NCBI GenBank assembly: GCA_964636085.1
Contig: CAZWPQ010000006.1
Location: 65,455 to 88,952 of the forward strand
Direction of reading: 5' to 3'
DNA length: 23,498 nt
Source of the DNA: an uncultured Nitrososphaerota archaeon
GTDB lineage: Archaea; Asgardarchaeota; Njordarchaeia; Njordarchaeales; Panguiarchaeaceae
Below, piece after piece: positions 1 through 8,793 of the stretch; position 1 is the stretch's first letter, and every line of letters starts with the position of its first letter. The notes below the pieces were generated by a model. That model saw nothing but the letters and a program-made list of their open reading frames with translations, was not told the origin of the DNA and made no database searches. A program made the position numbers and the translations under genes.

Positions 1-22
1 ATCCTGACTGCGCAACGGGCCC
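1..22 (-). tRNA. Possible 5' end of a tRNA running off the window edge (identity unknown)
   Basis: Minus strand reads GGGCCCG-TT-GCGC-AG-TCA-GG-AT, fitting acceptor 5' strand, U8, D-stem, A14G15 and D-loop GG. It is a GC-rich patch in AT-rich DNA. Only 22 nt are visible. Confidence 0.3.
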
Positions 23-103
23 CTGTCTGGGAAAAATACAACAAAGTTAACAACCTAGTGCCATACCATAAATAATCCTATGACCCTAAAAAACCCTACC
101 TAA

Positions 104-112
104 TTTATATAA
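104..112 (+). promoter_or_regulatory. Putative archaeal TATA box for aglB
   Basis: TTTATATAA about 30 nt upstream of the ATG at 143; SD-like GGTG at 132-135. Confidence 0.45.
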
Positions 113-142
113 TATTTATCTCTTCTTAAGTGGTGCTTGCAT

Positions 143-2236
143 ATGGGGCTTAGAGATACACTGGAAGAATTCATATCATATCTCAAGGTGCCAGGACGCA
201 CGTTAGCAAGGATCTTGGCCCTCCTATTCATATATATCATAGGGCTCATTTTGAGACTTCAACCTTTATTATTGTACGGAGCCAATCATAGGGCTTATGA
301 CCCATTCATCCAATATCGAGCCACCCAAGTGCTTCTAGAAGACGGACTAAAAGGCATGCTATCCTATTATGACTTTAAATATTGGTACCCATTTGGATGT
401 AGCCTTTCTGGTCTTTACATCATTGTCCCCATTATTGGGGCCCTAGTATACCTTATCCTTAACTTCCTAGGGTTTCATATAAGCTTACTTACGGCTATAA
501 CCGTCGCCCCCGCTATTCTAGGCTCGCTTACAGTTATCGTTGTTTACTTTGCTGGAAAAGAGATAAGAAACAACACTGTGGGCCTAATAGCTGCACTAAT
601 AACAGCAATATCGCCTGGTTTCCTACAGAGAAGTATTGCTGGATTCTATGACAATGAGATGAGTATATTCTTTGTGTTATTAATGTTCCTGTTCTTTATG
701 AAGGCAGTAAAGTCTGGTAGCATTGTACACTGTGTCTTGAGCGGCTTCTTTGGTGGAATCGTCTGTTGGAGTTGGGGTATATGGCGATACACAATACTCA
801 TAATCGCAATATATGAGTTCTTGCGTATAATAGGAGGGAATGCTGATGCAAACGACAATATCGCTTACGCATTTACATGCTTGATCTCCATCGGAATGGG
901 AATAATGATACCTAGGAACTATAATGCATTAACATCTATGGAAGTAGCAATCTCCCTCGCTGTGCTAATCCTAGTGATTTTTGACTACCTATCAACATAT
1001 CTATCACGTACGTTTGGTCAGACCAAACATGAAGCATATAAAATCCTCGTGGGTGGCGGTCTTGTTTTAGCAATTATTTCCACCGCGGCATTAACAGCAT
1101 TAGGCCGCCTACAGACGATTACAGGAAAATTCGCGTCAGTACTCAACCCATTTCTCAGAGAGGAAATGGTTACATATACAAGTGTCGCAGAGAACCAACC
1201 TGGTATCTGGACCAATTTCTATATGGGTGTAGGTCTGGGAGTACTATTTATCCCCCTTGCCATACTGGCCATGATTGAAAGGAGAGAAAAAGTCGATTTA
1301 ATACTATTTCTACTCACAGTTACATCGTTTTATTTCGCTGCATCTATAACCCGATACATAGTCCTTGGCGCTCCCATACTATCGCTTTCTGTCGGTCTAG
1401 GAATCGATTATTTACTAGAACCATACCTAAGGTTCTTCACTGGAAAATATGTACTACATAAATCCCGCGTAGTCAGAATTTTCTTGGGAGAAAGAAGGGT
1501 TCCAAAGGGCGAGGCTATAGCTGTTTTCTTTATAGTCTTTATGGTGTTGGGGCTATCTGTTAATCAGTGCCTCTCTTTATCGAAATACTATGGGGGCTAT
1601 GACTATACTGACGCCGAGCGACAAATATTTAATTATCTACACGAATTTGGATCGCCCAACGATGTGGTCTTGTCTTGGTGGGACTATGGTTACCGATGCA
1701 CAGTTATAGCTAATATTACCTCACTAGCAGATAATGGTACTAGGAACTCAACGCAAATGGGTGTTGTTGGAAGTATGCTTATGTTGCCTCCTGGAAAATC
1801 AATAATACTTATGCGAAAGTATAGAGTTAAATGGGTGCTTGTTTACTCGGTAGATCTTGCAAAGGCGATTTGGATGATTCGAATAGCAAGTAAACATGCA
1901 CCACAATATGGCGTCAACGAGAGCCAGTATTTTAATAAGGAGGAATCAAGATACAAGGAACCATTTTTCCATTCCGTACTATGGAGACTACTAGCCTACC
2001 AAGACGACGCCAATGTTCGCAACTGGGTGAACAGTTATGGGGAATCAAGCCTTAAGGACAAGGCAGACAACTTTAAAGTATCGAATCTAATCTACTTCAA
2101 ACTCATAATGAAAAAACAAATGGGGAGAAACGAATTCGTGAAACTCTACAGAGTCATCTGGCCCAAGAGTTTTGATGATCAAGCACCCTATCCATGGACA
2201 TTTAATGAGACAGCCTACATAAATAGGAAAGAATAG
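143..2236 (+). CDS. aglB: Oligosaccharyltransferase AglB/STT3
   Basis: Multi-pass N-terminal membrane region; YDPFIQYRAT, RSIAGFYDNE, SVAENQP, the WWDYG motif, DNGT and the DK motif DLAKAIWMIRIA. ATG 143 preferred over TTG 137 because of GGTG spacing. Confidence 0.96.
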   Translation: MGLRDTLEEFISYLKVPGRTLARILALLFIYIIGLILRLQPLLLYGANHRAYDPFIQYRATQVLLEDGLKGMLSYYDFKYWYPFGCSLSGLYIIVPIIGALVYLILNFLGFHISLLTAITVAPAILGSLTVIVVYFAGKEIRNNTVGLIAALITAISPGFLQRSIAGFYDNEMSIFFVLLMFLFFMKAVKSGSIVHCVLSGFFGGIVCWSWGIWRYTILIIAIYEFLRIIGGNADANDNIAYAFTCLISIGMGIMIPRNYNALTSMEVAISLAVLILVIFDYLSTYLSRTFGQTKHEAYKILVGGGLVLAIISTAALTALGRLQTITGKFASVLNPFLREEMVTYTSVAENQPGIWTNFYMGVGLGVLFIPLAILAMIERREKVDLILFLLTVTSFYFAASITRYIVLGAPILSLSVGLGIDYLLEPYLRFFTGKYVLHKSRVVRIFLGERRVPKGEAIAVFFIVFMVLGLSVNQCLSLSKYYGGYDYTDAERQIFNYLHEFGSPNDVVLSWWDYGYRCTVIANITSLADNGTRNSTQMGVVGSMLMLPPGKSIILMRKYRVKWVLVYSVDLAKAIWMIRIASKHAPQYGVNESQYFNKEESRYKEPFFHSVLWRLLAYQDDANVRNWVNSYGESSLKDKADNFKVSNLIYFKLIMKKQMGRNEFVKLYRVIWPKSFDDQAPYPWTFNETAYINRKE

Positions 2237-2250
2237 ACATCGGGAATACT

Positions 2251-2886
2251 ATGAGGGGAGCTCTATATATTGCCGTCCTCCTTATTTTATCCTCAATTTC
2301 AATCACTCTTCCTTGCTCTTCAAATAGGGATCATCATACACACAAAGACAAGAAATACATATTCCATAACAAAATACACATCAATACCGATGGACCTCCA
2401 TTAGTCTTTGTCTCCAAGACCCCCAGCAAAAAAGTTGTGAAAATAAACGAATGGATAACAGTGACTATCACACTTACCAATCTCGGTAACAAAACCGCAT
2501 ATGACATTAAAGTCATTGACGAGAATTACCCAGAATGGACCATTGAAACGAGAAATCATTCCACATTATACCTTATACCTATTTTAGAGCCCAATGTTAC
2601 AATCCAAATACGATACTGGCTAAGAATCAAGAGCTCAACATTCAAGAATATATCACTAGGTAGAGTAATTGTCGCGTATAAGGATGCAAATAATAATGAC
2701 TATAAGTCATATTCTGAAGAAACAATCATAAGCATAGAGTTAAAAACCATAGAAATCGATATAGAATTCGTAGACAAGATCTTGCTTATTACCACCGTCG
2801 GCGTCACCACATCAGCGCTATTTGGCCTCATCATAATTGAAAGAAAGACCCTCAAAGAGTTCTTAACAATAAAAAAGAAGAGATAA
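2251..2886 (+). CDS. Type I membrane protein with an Ig-like domain, TRAP-beta (SSR2)/DUF11-like
   Basis: Signal peptide, beta-rich domain (VFVSK...ITVTITLTNLGNKTAYDIKVIDENYP), C-terminal TM helix and basic tail KKKR; 14 nt downstream of aglB. Confidence 0.6.
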   Translation: MRGALYIAVLLILSSISITLPCSSNRDHHTHKDKKYIFHNKIHINTDGPPLVFVSKTPSKKVVKINEWITVTITLTNLGNKTAYDIKVIDENYPEWTIETRNHSTLYLIPILEPNVTIQIRYWLRIKSSTFKNISLGRVIVAYKDANNNDYKSYSEETIISIELKTIEIDIEFVDKILLITTVGVTTSALFGLIIIERKTLKEFLTIKKKR

Positions 2887-2888
2887 AA

Positions 2889-3212
2889 CTAAGCTCCTAC
2901 TATACGCCTAATGCGTTTTTCCAACATTTCTTCAGGAATCGCTTTTCTTTCATCCCTAGGCCTGATTTTAACGATACCCAAATACATTGCACACCTTATG
3001 CAATAATACTTTACGGTTCTCTTAGTGGCAATCAGCGTTCCCTGCGACTCTAATTCCCTAGCCACACTCTTGCTTATTGATGCCCCCCAAACAACACGCT
3101 TCACTGCCTTATCCTCTGGAACACGAGCTCCACACATAACACACGAAACATATTTTACCCTGCCAGGACTTCTTCCCTTTTTACGTCCCCTATTCTTACG
3201 CTTATATGGCAA
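2889..3212 (-). CDS. rps26e: Ribosomal protein eS26
   Basis: PYKRKNRGRKK, CxxCG-RVPEDKA, YYCIRCA, GIVKIRPRDERK. Likely TTG start at 3212 after SD GGTGG. Confidence 0.95.
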   Translation of the reverse strand: MPYKRKNRGRKKGRSPGRVKYVSCVMCGARVPEDKAVKRVVWGASISKSVARELESQGTLIATKRTVKYYCIRCAMYLGIVKIRPRDERKAIPEEMLEKRIRRIVGA

Positions 3213-3373
3213 AGAAACCACCAAGCATTAGCTGTCTCCTCACAAACCAAGATAAAATAACGACAATTTGTCCTTAAAAAACTTAATCAAATAATAACAA
3301 TTCTAAAACTTCAAAGCTTAAAGGAGAATAACTATACGACTCAATTAAAAACTAAAAAAATATAAATATAGGG

Positions 3374-5194
3374 GTGATCAAAATCAGAAAGGGACAAATA
3401 ATAAGAGTAGCGGGGCCCCTAGTAGTAGCACAGAACGTTCCAAATCCAAAAATTGGAGATGTTGTACATGTCGGCGAATCTAAGCTCATAGGAGAAATTA
3501 TCAGAATACATGGAGATAGAGTAGCTATCCAAGTATACGAAGACACTAGTGGTCTCAGACCCTATGAGGAAGTAGAAAATACACAAAAACCTCTAACTGC
3601 AAAACTAGGGCCCGGGATCATCAGACAGATCTATGATGGTCTTCAAAATCCCCTCACGACTATATGGAAAACATCGGGCCCATTTGTGCCAAGGGGTGTC
3701 AAGGCGGATCCACTAGATCCCAAGAAGAAATGGGAATTCACACCAACTGTAAAAGAGGGAGATACTGTTGAGGAAGTAGATATCATAGGAACCGTCCAAG
3801 AAACCATGGCAGTACAGCATAGAATTCTCGTTCCGCATGGAGTAAGAGGAAAAATAGTGGAGATAAGAGAAGGCAAATATACAATAACAGAGCCCATAGC
3901 CACAATTGAGACCCCCAAAGGAAAAAAAGTAGAAGTAACTATGAAACAGGAATGGCCAGTTAAAATACCTAGACCATTCAAAAGAAAACTATCTCCCACG
4001 AAACCATTAATAACTGGACAACGGGTTATAGATACATTCTTTCCAATTGCTCAAGGGGGGTCAGCGGCGATACCAGGAGGCTTTGGAACAGGGAAAACAG
4101 TCACATTGCACAGCTTGGCAAAATGGTCATGGGCAGAAATCATTATCTATATTGGATGCGGGGAAAGAGGCAACGAAATGGCTGATGTAGTCACTCATTT
4201 TCCCGAGCTTGAGGATCCAAAAACTGGACAAAAGATCATTGAAAGATCCATATTCATCGCAAATGTCTCCAATCTTCCCGTGGCCGCAAGAGAGGCCTCC
4301 GTATACATGGGAGTAACAATGGGCGAATATTTTAGAGATCAAGGCTATAATGTTGCACTCATGGCCGACTCTACCTCTCGCTGGATGGAGGCCGTAAGGG
4401 AATTATCGGGCCGCCTAGGAGATATCCCCGTCGAGGAGGGATTTCCTGCCCATATTGTGCAACTTATCTCTAGCTTCTACGAGCGTGCTGGGAGAGTTCT
4501 GACTCTTGGATCAAAGCCCAGAGAGGGCTCACTAAGTATTATGGGTGCAGTAAGCCCGCCAGGAGGTGATTTCCTAGAGCCTGTTACTGCTACTACGATG
4601 CGCTTTGTTGGTACTCTGTGGGCCCTAGACAAAAAACTTGCCTTCGCAAGACACTTTCCAGCGATTAATTGGTCTCTATCCTTTTCTAGATATGTAGACT
4701 TGTTAAGAGAGTATTTTGCCACTGAGTTTAACTCTCCTAAATTCTTTGACTATAGGGCTAAAGCATTAAAAATTCTTGAGGAAGGTACACGGTTAGAGGA
4801 TATATCAAAAATTGTGGGAGAAAAAGCTCTACCGAATAGGGAACGATTCGTGTTATATTTCACCAAACTATTTAAGAATGGCTACTTAATACAGAATGCC
4901 TTCCATGTAGTGGATCGCTTTACTCCCCCTCATGTGCAGGCACGTCTGTTGGAGGCCTTTATTCAGTATTTCGATTTAATGTTCGCGCTTGCAGAACGCG
5001 TACCTCTTGAAGAAATTACTAAGCTAGAGTGCTCAAAAATGCTTCCGAAACTTAAGTATCTCTGGGCTATTGTTGACGAAAGTGAGGAACGCATAGCTGG
5101 TGAACGCCTCGAGGTTTTCGATGAATTTCATAAGTTGCTGAGACGCGAAGCCCAAGATCTTGCCAGGCGGTATCATACACATATCTCCATCTAA
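3374..5194 (+). CDS. atpA: A/V-type ATP synthase catalytic subunit A
   Basis: Walker A GGFGTGKT, GCGERGNEM, PVAAREAS, LMADSTSRW, FYERAG, SPPGGDF, RHFPAINW. No intein-sized insertion. Confidence 0.96.
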   Translation: MIKIRKGQIIRVAGPLVVAQNVPNPKIGDVVHVGESKLIGEIIRIHGDRVAIQVYEDTSGLRPYEEVENTQKPLTAKLGPGIIRQIYDGLQNPLTTIWKTSGPFVPRGVKADPLDPKKKWEFTPTVKEGDTVEEVDIIGTVQETMAVQHRILVPHGVRGKIVEIREGKYTITEPIATIETPKGKKVEVTMKQEWPVKIPRPFKRKLSPTKPLITGQRVIDTFFPIAQGGSAAIPGGFGTGKTVTLHSLAKWSWAEIIIYIGCGERGNEMADVVTHFPELEDPKTGQKIIERSIFIANVSNLPVAAREASVYMGVTMGEYFRDQGYNVALMADSTSRWMEAVRELSGRLGDIPVEEGFPAHIVQLISSFYERAGRVLTLGSKPREGSLSIMGAVSPPGGDFLEPVTATTMRFVGTLWALDKKLAFARHFPAINWSLSFSRYVDLLREYFATEFNSPKFFDYRAKALKILEEGTRLEDISKIVGEKALPNRERFVLYFTKLFKNGYLIQNAFHVVDRFTPPHVQARLLEAFIQYFDLMFALAERVPLEEITKLECSKMLPKLKYLWAIVDESEERIAGERLEVFDEFHKLLRREAQDLARRYHTHISI

Positions 5195-5317
5195 TTCACG
5201 ATTTTTATTCCGACCGAAAGCTAAATTATTAATGTTTTTAGAGTCTTCTCCAACATATTGATTTATATGCATGTTGAATTAAAAAATCGTTATTTCAGTC
5301 ATAAATTGGTGGTGTTG

Positions 5318-5980
5318 ATGGAAAAGAAAGCATTAACAGAACTCGAGGCTAAGGAGTTTCTCGAATCTTATGGCATTCCTTTCCCCGCAAGATCTATAGC
5401 AAAGACACCCGATGAGGCTGTGGAGAAGTCTAGGAGTATAGGGTATCCTGTTGTTTTCAAAATACTCAGCCCAGATATAATCCATAAGACTGATGTTGGT
5501 GGCGTGAAACTCAATATTCTGGACGACAACATGGCTAGGGAAGCTTTTAACGAAATTATGAATAATGTCAAGAGCAAGAAACCCGACGCAAGGATTGAGG
5601 GTATTCTAATCGAAAAAATGGTGTCTGGCGGTCATGAGGTAATTATAGGCGGGCTACAAGACCCAGTCTTCGGTCCAGTTATAATGTTTGGTGGGCTTGG
5701 CGGGATCTATGTTGAGTTATTCAAGGACGTGACGTTTCGGCTAGCTCCAATAGACTACAACGAGGCCGAAGAGATGATTAAAGAAACAAAAGGCTACAAA
5801 ATACTGAGTGGTTTTAGAGGTATGGAGCCAGCAAATATAGGGATCCTCAAGGATATGCTTGTGAAAACCAGCAAAATAATTGCCGAACATAGGGACATAC
5901 TAGAACTTGATTTAAATCCTGTAAGAATATTTAAAGACAAGGCAGTTGTTCTTGACGCTAAGATAATAAAGAAAATATAG
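5318..5980 (+). CDS. acdB: ADP-forming acetate/acyl-CoA ligase beta subunit (ATP-grasp)
   Basis: LTELEAKEFLESYGIP, GYPVVFKILSPDIIHKTDVGGV, DPVFGPVIMFG, ELDLNPV. ATG 5318 follows SD GGTGGTG. Confidence 0.9.
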   Translation: MEKKALTELEAKEFLESYGIPFPARSIAKTPDEAVEKSRSIGYPVVFKILSPDIIHKTDVGGVKLNILDDNMAREAFNEIMNNVKSKKPDARIEGILIEKMVSGGHEVIIGGLQDPVFGPVIMFGGLGGIYVELFKDVTFRLAPIDYNEAEEMIKETKGYKILSGFRGMEPANIGILKDMLVKTSKIIAEHRDILELDLNPVRIFKDKAVVLDAKIIKKI

Positions 5981-5989
5981 GGATATCAC

Positions 5990-6250
5990 TTGATTACTAA
6001 AAGGGCATATATAATACTAATCGGAATACTCCTTCCATGGTTTTTCTTAATAGTAGTTGTTCCGCTTTCGGCCCTAATGGTATTTAGAACTGTTAGCAGG
6101 TATTTAGGCTCAGTGGCCCAAATAATTGGCTATTTCGTGGCGCTTATCGTATTTATTATATTCCTTTTATTATGGTATTTTTTAACAACAAGGTATGTCT
6201 ACTCCCTGTTAAAAAAGTATGAAGGTGTCAGCAAGAATGAACATACCTAG
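5990..6250 (+). CDS. Small membrane protein with 2 predicted TM helices, unknown function
   Basis: Two long hydrophobic stretches; 9 nt after acdB; overlaps the next ORF. Confidence 0.7.
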   Translation: MITKRAYIILIGILLPWFFLIVVVPLSALMVFRTVSRYLGSVAQIIGYFVALIVFIIFLLLWYFLTTRYVYSLLKKYEGVSKNEHT

Positions 6251-6605
6251 CGAGGTCATATTGGCTGCATTTCTGTGGATAAGCCTTTCTATATTTACTA
6301 GCAAATACATTGTCAGAGAATTTAAAGCCCATCATTTCTTCGCATGTCTAGCTCTATCAATAATCTTCATTGCCGTCTTGATACTGGTTTCAACACTTCT
6401 TGGGGCCATTGGTACCTACTGGGATGAAATCAATACTTTTGCGTTAGTAATTTCACTAGTAGTATCCACATGGATGCTTTTTTTGGCAGCACGTTCGTTT
6501 ATAGAAACAACAAATTGGAGGATACGAGAAAACGTTCTATTCTTGTCGGTAATAATTGCCTATCTACTATTTGCCATATTTCTAACTATCGTAGAAATAT
6601 TCTAG
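6237..6605 (+). CDS. Membrane protein with 4 predicted TM helices, unknown function
   Basis: Four hydrophobic segments; ATG 6237 preceded by AGGTG; overlaps the upstream ORF. Confidence 0.7.
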   Translation: MNIPSEVILAAFLWISLSIFTSKYIVREFKAHHFFACLALSIIFIAVLILVSTLLGAIGTYWDEINTFALVISLVVSTWMLFLAARSFIETTNWRIRENVLFLSVIIAYLLFAIFLTIVEIF

Positions 6606-6639
6606 TTTTTTCCAATCGATCCCACTAGTATACAGAACA

Positions 6640-7365
6640 TTAGGTATCATGTATATCGATTGTAAGTGGGTTGAGTCTTAGAAGATCGTATTGTTTTTTC
6701 CCCAATTCTCCCTCATATATTCGATGAGGTATCTCAAAGACCTGCTTAACCCATACCCACCTATACTTCGGGACTATTATTTTTCCATCCTTATACTTGG
6801 ACATAAGATACAACTGGTATATTTTTTCCGCATACATTTTCGGTAAGTATAGGCTCATATATACATCACTTACCAACCTTGGAAGTACACAATACAGTTC
6901 ATTCAATAAAACTATCATGGGGGCCTCATCCTTGTATGACTTTATAACTACATCAACATTCATCACTTCATCTCCAACACTTATGATAGCAGAGTGATAT
7001 CCCGATGGATTCACTGTTAATACGACACAGCCAGGATACTCCCTCGAGAATTCCATATCCACATGAGATGGAGATGGATTAGTTGTTTGATCAAATGGAT
7101 GACTATGAATAATCCCCACAATGTCTAACCCGACCGGAAATGTGTTAGTTAGATATATCCTCCCCATTGGATCAGAAATTATCATTGTTTCTCCTCTTGC
7201 GTCATATTTAAACTCATAGGCCTCATAGACAACAATTTTATCCCCCACTCTCGAGCCCGTTAAATAAAAACCTCTCTCCAGCAAATCTTCCCTAATCAAA
7301 GCCAACAAGGGTACCCAAAGATCGTTGTCTATATAAAGAGATAACTTGCTACAGGATCCATGCAT
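6640..7365 (-). CDS. JAB/MPN+ (JAMM) metalloprotease with a C-terminal extension
   Basis: Catalytic E in ERGFYLTG, then VGIIHSHP-x-SPSHVD (HxH..SxxD). Start is ATG 7365 or TTG 7380. Confidence 0.88.
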   Translation of the reverse strand: MHGSCSKLSLYIDNDLWVPLLALIREDLLERGFYLTGSRVGDKIVVYEAYEFKYDARGETMIISDPMGRIYLTNTFPVGLDIVGIIHSHPFDQTTNPSPSHVDMEFSREYPGCVVLTVNPSGYHSAIISVGDEVMNVDVVIKSYKDEAPMIVLLNELYCVLPRLVSDVYMSLYLPKMYAEKIYQLYLMSKYKDGKIIVPKYRWVWVKQVFEIPHRIYEGELGKKQYDLLRLNPLTIDIHDT

Positions 7366-7479
7366 AATCCCTTCCCCCAATAAAGATCTCCATAAAGAAG
7401 AATAGTTTCCAAGTAATAATTTGAGGGATATCGCACATTCAACTTAGCTTAAAAAATACATGAGGTAGATTCTAGCATC

Positions 7480-7495
7480 AAATAAAAATAGAAAA
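7480..7495 (-). terminator. Possible oligo-T terminator after the ubiquitin-like gene
   Basis: TTTTCTATTTTTATTT on the minus strand just after the stop at 7502. Confidence 0.35.
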
Positions 7496-7501
7496 GTCAT
7501 C

Positions 7502-7822
7502 CTATCCTAACATCTCTGCCGAGGCAACTTGAAATGTCACACTTGATACCTCCCTGATTACCTCCCCTACGGTCTTTCCAACGAATGACAACGGCATAGA
7601 TCCTCCCAATACTCCCACTCTCGTATCTCTAAAATGTAGCCTTCTAGCGGCTTCTCTCACGACATTCTCAAATAATTCTGTAACTGTTGCACGTATGGTT
7701 ACCCCCCTCCCAGGCTTGTCAGCTCTCTCGAAATATAGCTCAACTATCTCTGGCAGTTCTACCAATTTCTTCTTTTCGACTTGGATTGCTTGCTGCTCTG
7801 TGCTTTTTGTGCCAATGGACAT
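7502..7822 (-). CDS. UFM1-like ubiquitin-fold (beta-grasp) protein ending in a single Gly
   Basis: Strong SD GGTGAG; beta-beta-alpha-beta pattern; FENVVREAA, KTVGEV and C-terminal EMLG-stop match the UFM1 motifs FTAVLKFAA, QTAGNV and DRVG; adjacent to a JAB protease. Confidence 0.7.
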   Translation of the reverse strand: MSIGTKSTEQQAIQVEKKKLVELPEIVELYFERADKPGRGVTIRATVTELFENVVREAARRLHFRDTRVGVLGGSMPLSFVGKTVGEVIREVSSVTFQVASAEMLG

Positions 7823-7908
7823 ATACTCACCAGCTTTTCGCTGATAAAATGTGATTAGCTTAATTTATATTTTTATCTTTTTTCCGTGGGTAATTAACAT
7901 TGGACATA

Positions 7909-8781
7909 ATGGAGAAGAAAAAATACAACAAAATCATAGCTCAATCATCACTCGATTGTATCTTTGCTTTAGGGTTATTCAGAAGAATTTATAACTTACC
8001 ATTCTCATTCAAGTTGATTGTAAGAACAGCTCGAAACTCAATAATTATTGGTACGCCGCTCATGGAGAGTGCTCATGTATCAAATTGCTTTATCATAGAC
8101 AACAGTAGGTATGATAGTACAGTGCACAGGCCTTATGGTTCAAATATCTTGTTATATGATGACAAATATGGCTCACTTACCGATATGGTAGTAGATATTT
8201 TTGGATTAGATATCCCTGAGGCATACATGGACGCTATATTTAATGTCGCAGTCGGTGCTATCGAAGACGACGACCTCGCTAGGCATATGTATATAGCATG
8301 GCTACTAAGTAATATGAAATATCGCCATAAACTTGTGGATTATATAACAGCGAAAAAGTGGAGCCTAATTGATGAATGGCTGAAGAAAAAAAATGAAAGC
8401 AACACTTCAAAACAAATCGAAAAACTTGCATATAAAATCTGTAAGAAATGTAAATCGTTGTCCCCTGGAGCTTGCTACATTGTTTATGTATCCGAAAATA
8501 GAATTGAGCGTCTAGCCGCCAGATATGCTCTAGAGATCCTAAGGCGATCGACAAGAATTGCTGTGGGACTAGAAGTTAATAAATATAGACTCGTAGAAAA
8601 ATGTTTCATTCTTTCAAACCATAGATTGCTTGGAGTAAGCGTGAGATTCATGGCGAATGAATGGATAACGATCCCCCGGCCCCATATGCTAAGACTTATC
8701 ATGCGGATTCCCTTAGCCCTCGATACTTTCTTGCCAATATTGAGATCGTTACTTATTAGCGTAATGAATCGCCTTAGATGA
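7909..8781 (+). CDS. Hypothetical protein, possibly a degenerate DHH-superfamily fold
   Basis: About 290-aa ORF upstream of ksgA. IIAQSSLDCIFA, SIIIG and FIIDN occur in the order of DHH motifs I-III but lack most metal ligands. Confidence 0.45.
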   Translation: MEKKKYNKIIAQSSLDCIFALGLFRRIYNLPFSFKLIVRTARNSIIIGTPLMESAHVSNCFIIDNSRYDSTVHRPYGSNILLYDDKYGSLTDMVVDIFGLDIPEAYMDAIFNVAVGAIEDDDLARHMYIAWLLSNMKYRHKLVDYITAKKWSLIDEWLKKKNESNTSKQIEKLAYKICKKCKSLSPGACYIVYVSENRIERLAARYALEILRRSTRIAVGLEVNKYRLVEKCFILSNHRLLGVSVRFMANEWITIPRPHMLRLIMRIPLALDTFLPILRSLLISVMNRLR

Positions 8782-8793
8782 GTTGAAGAAATT

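Noticed and set aside
3374-5194. Intein in ATPase A (a common insertion site)
   Set aside because: Length is normal (606 aa) and Walker A is uninterrupted.
6640-7822. CBASS/Bil-type antiviral ubiquitin-like operon
   Set aside because: No E1, E2, cyclase or effector genes are adjacent; the context is housekeeping rather than a defence island.
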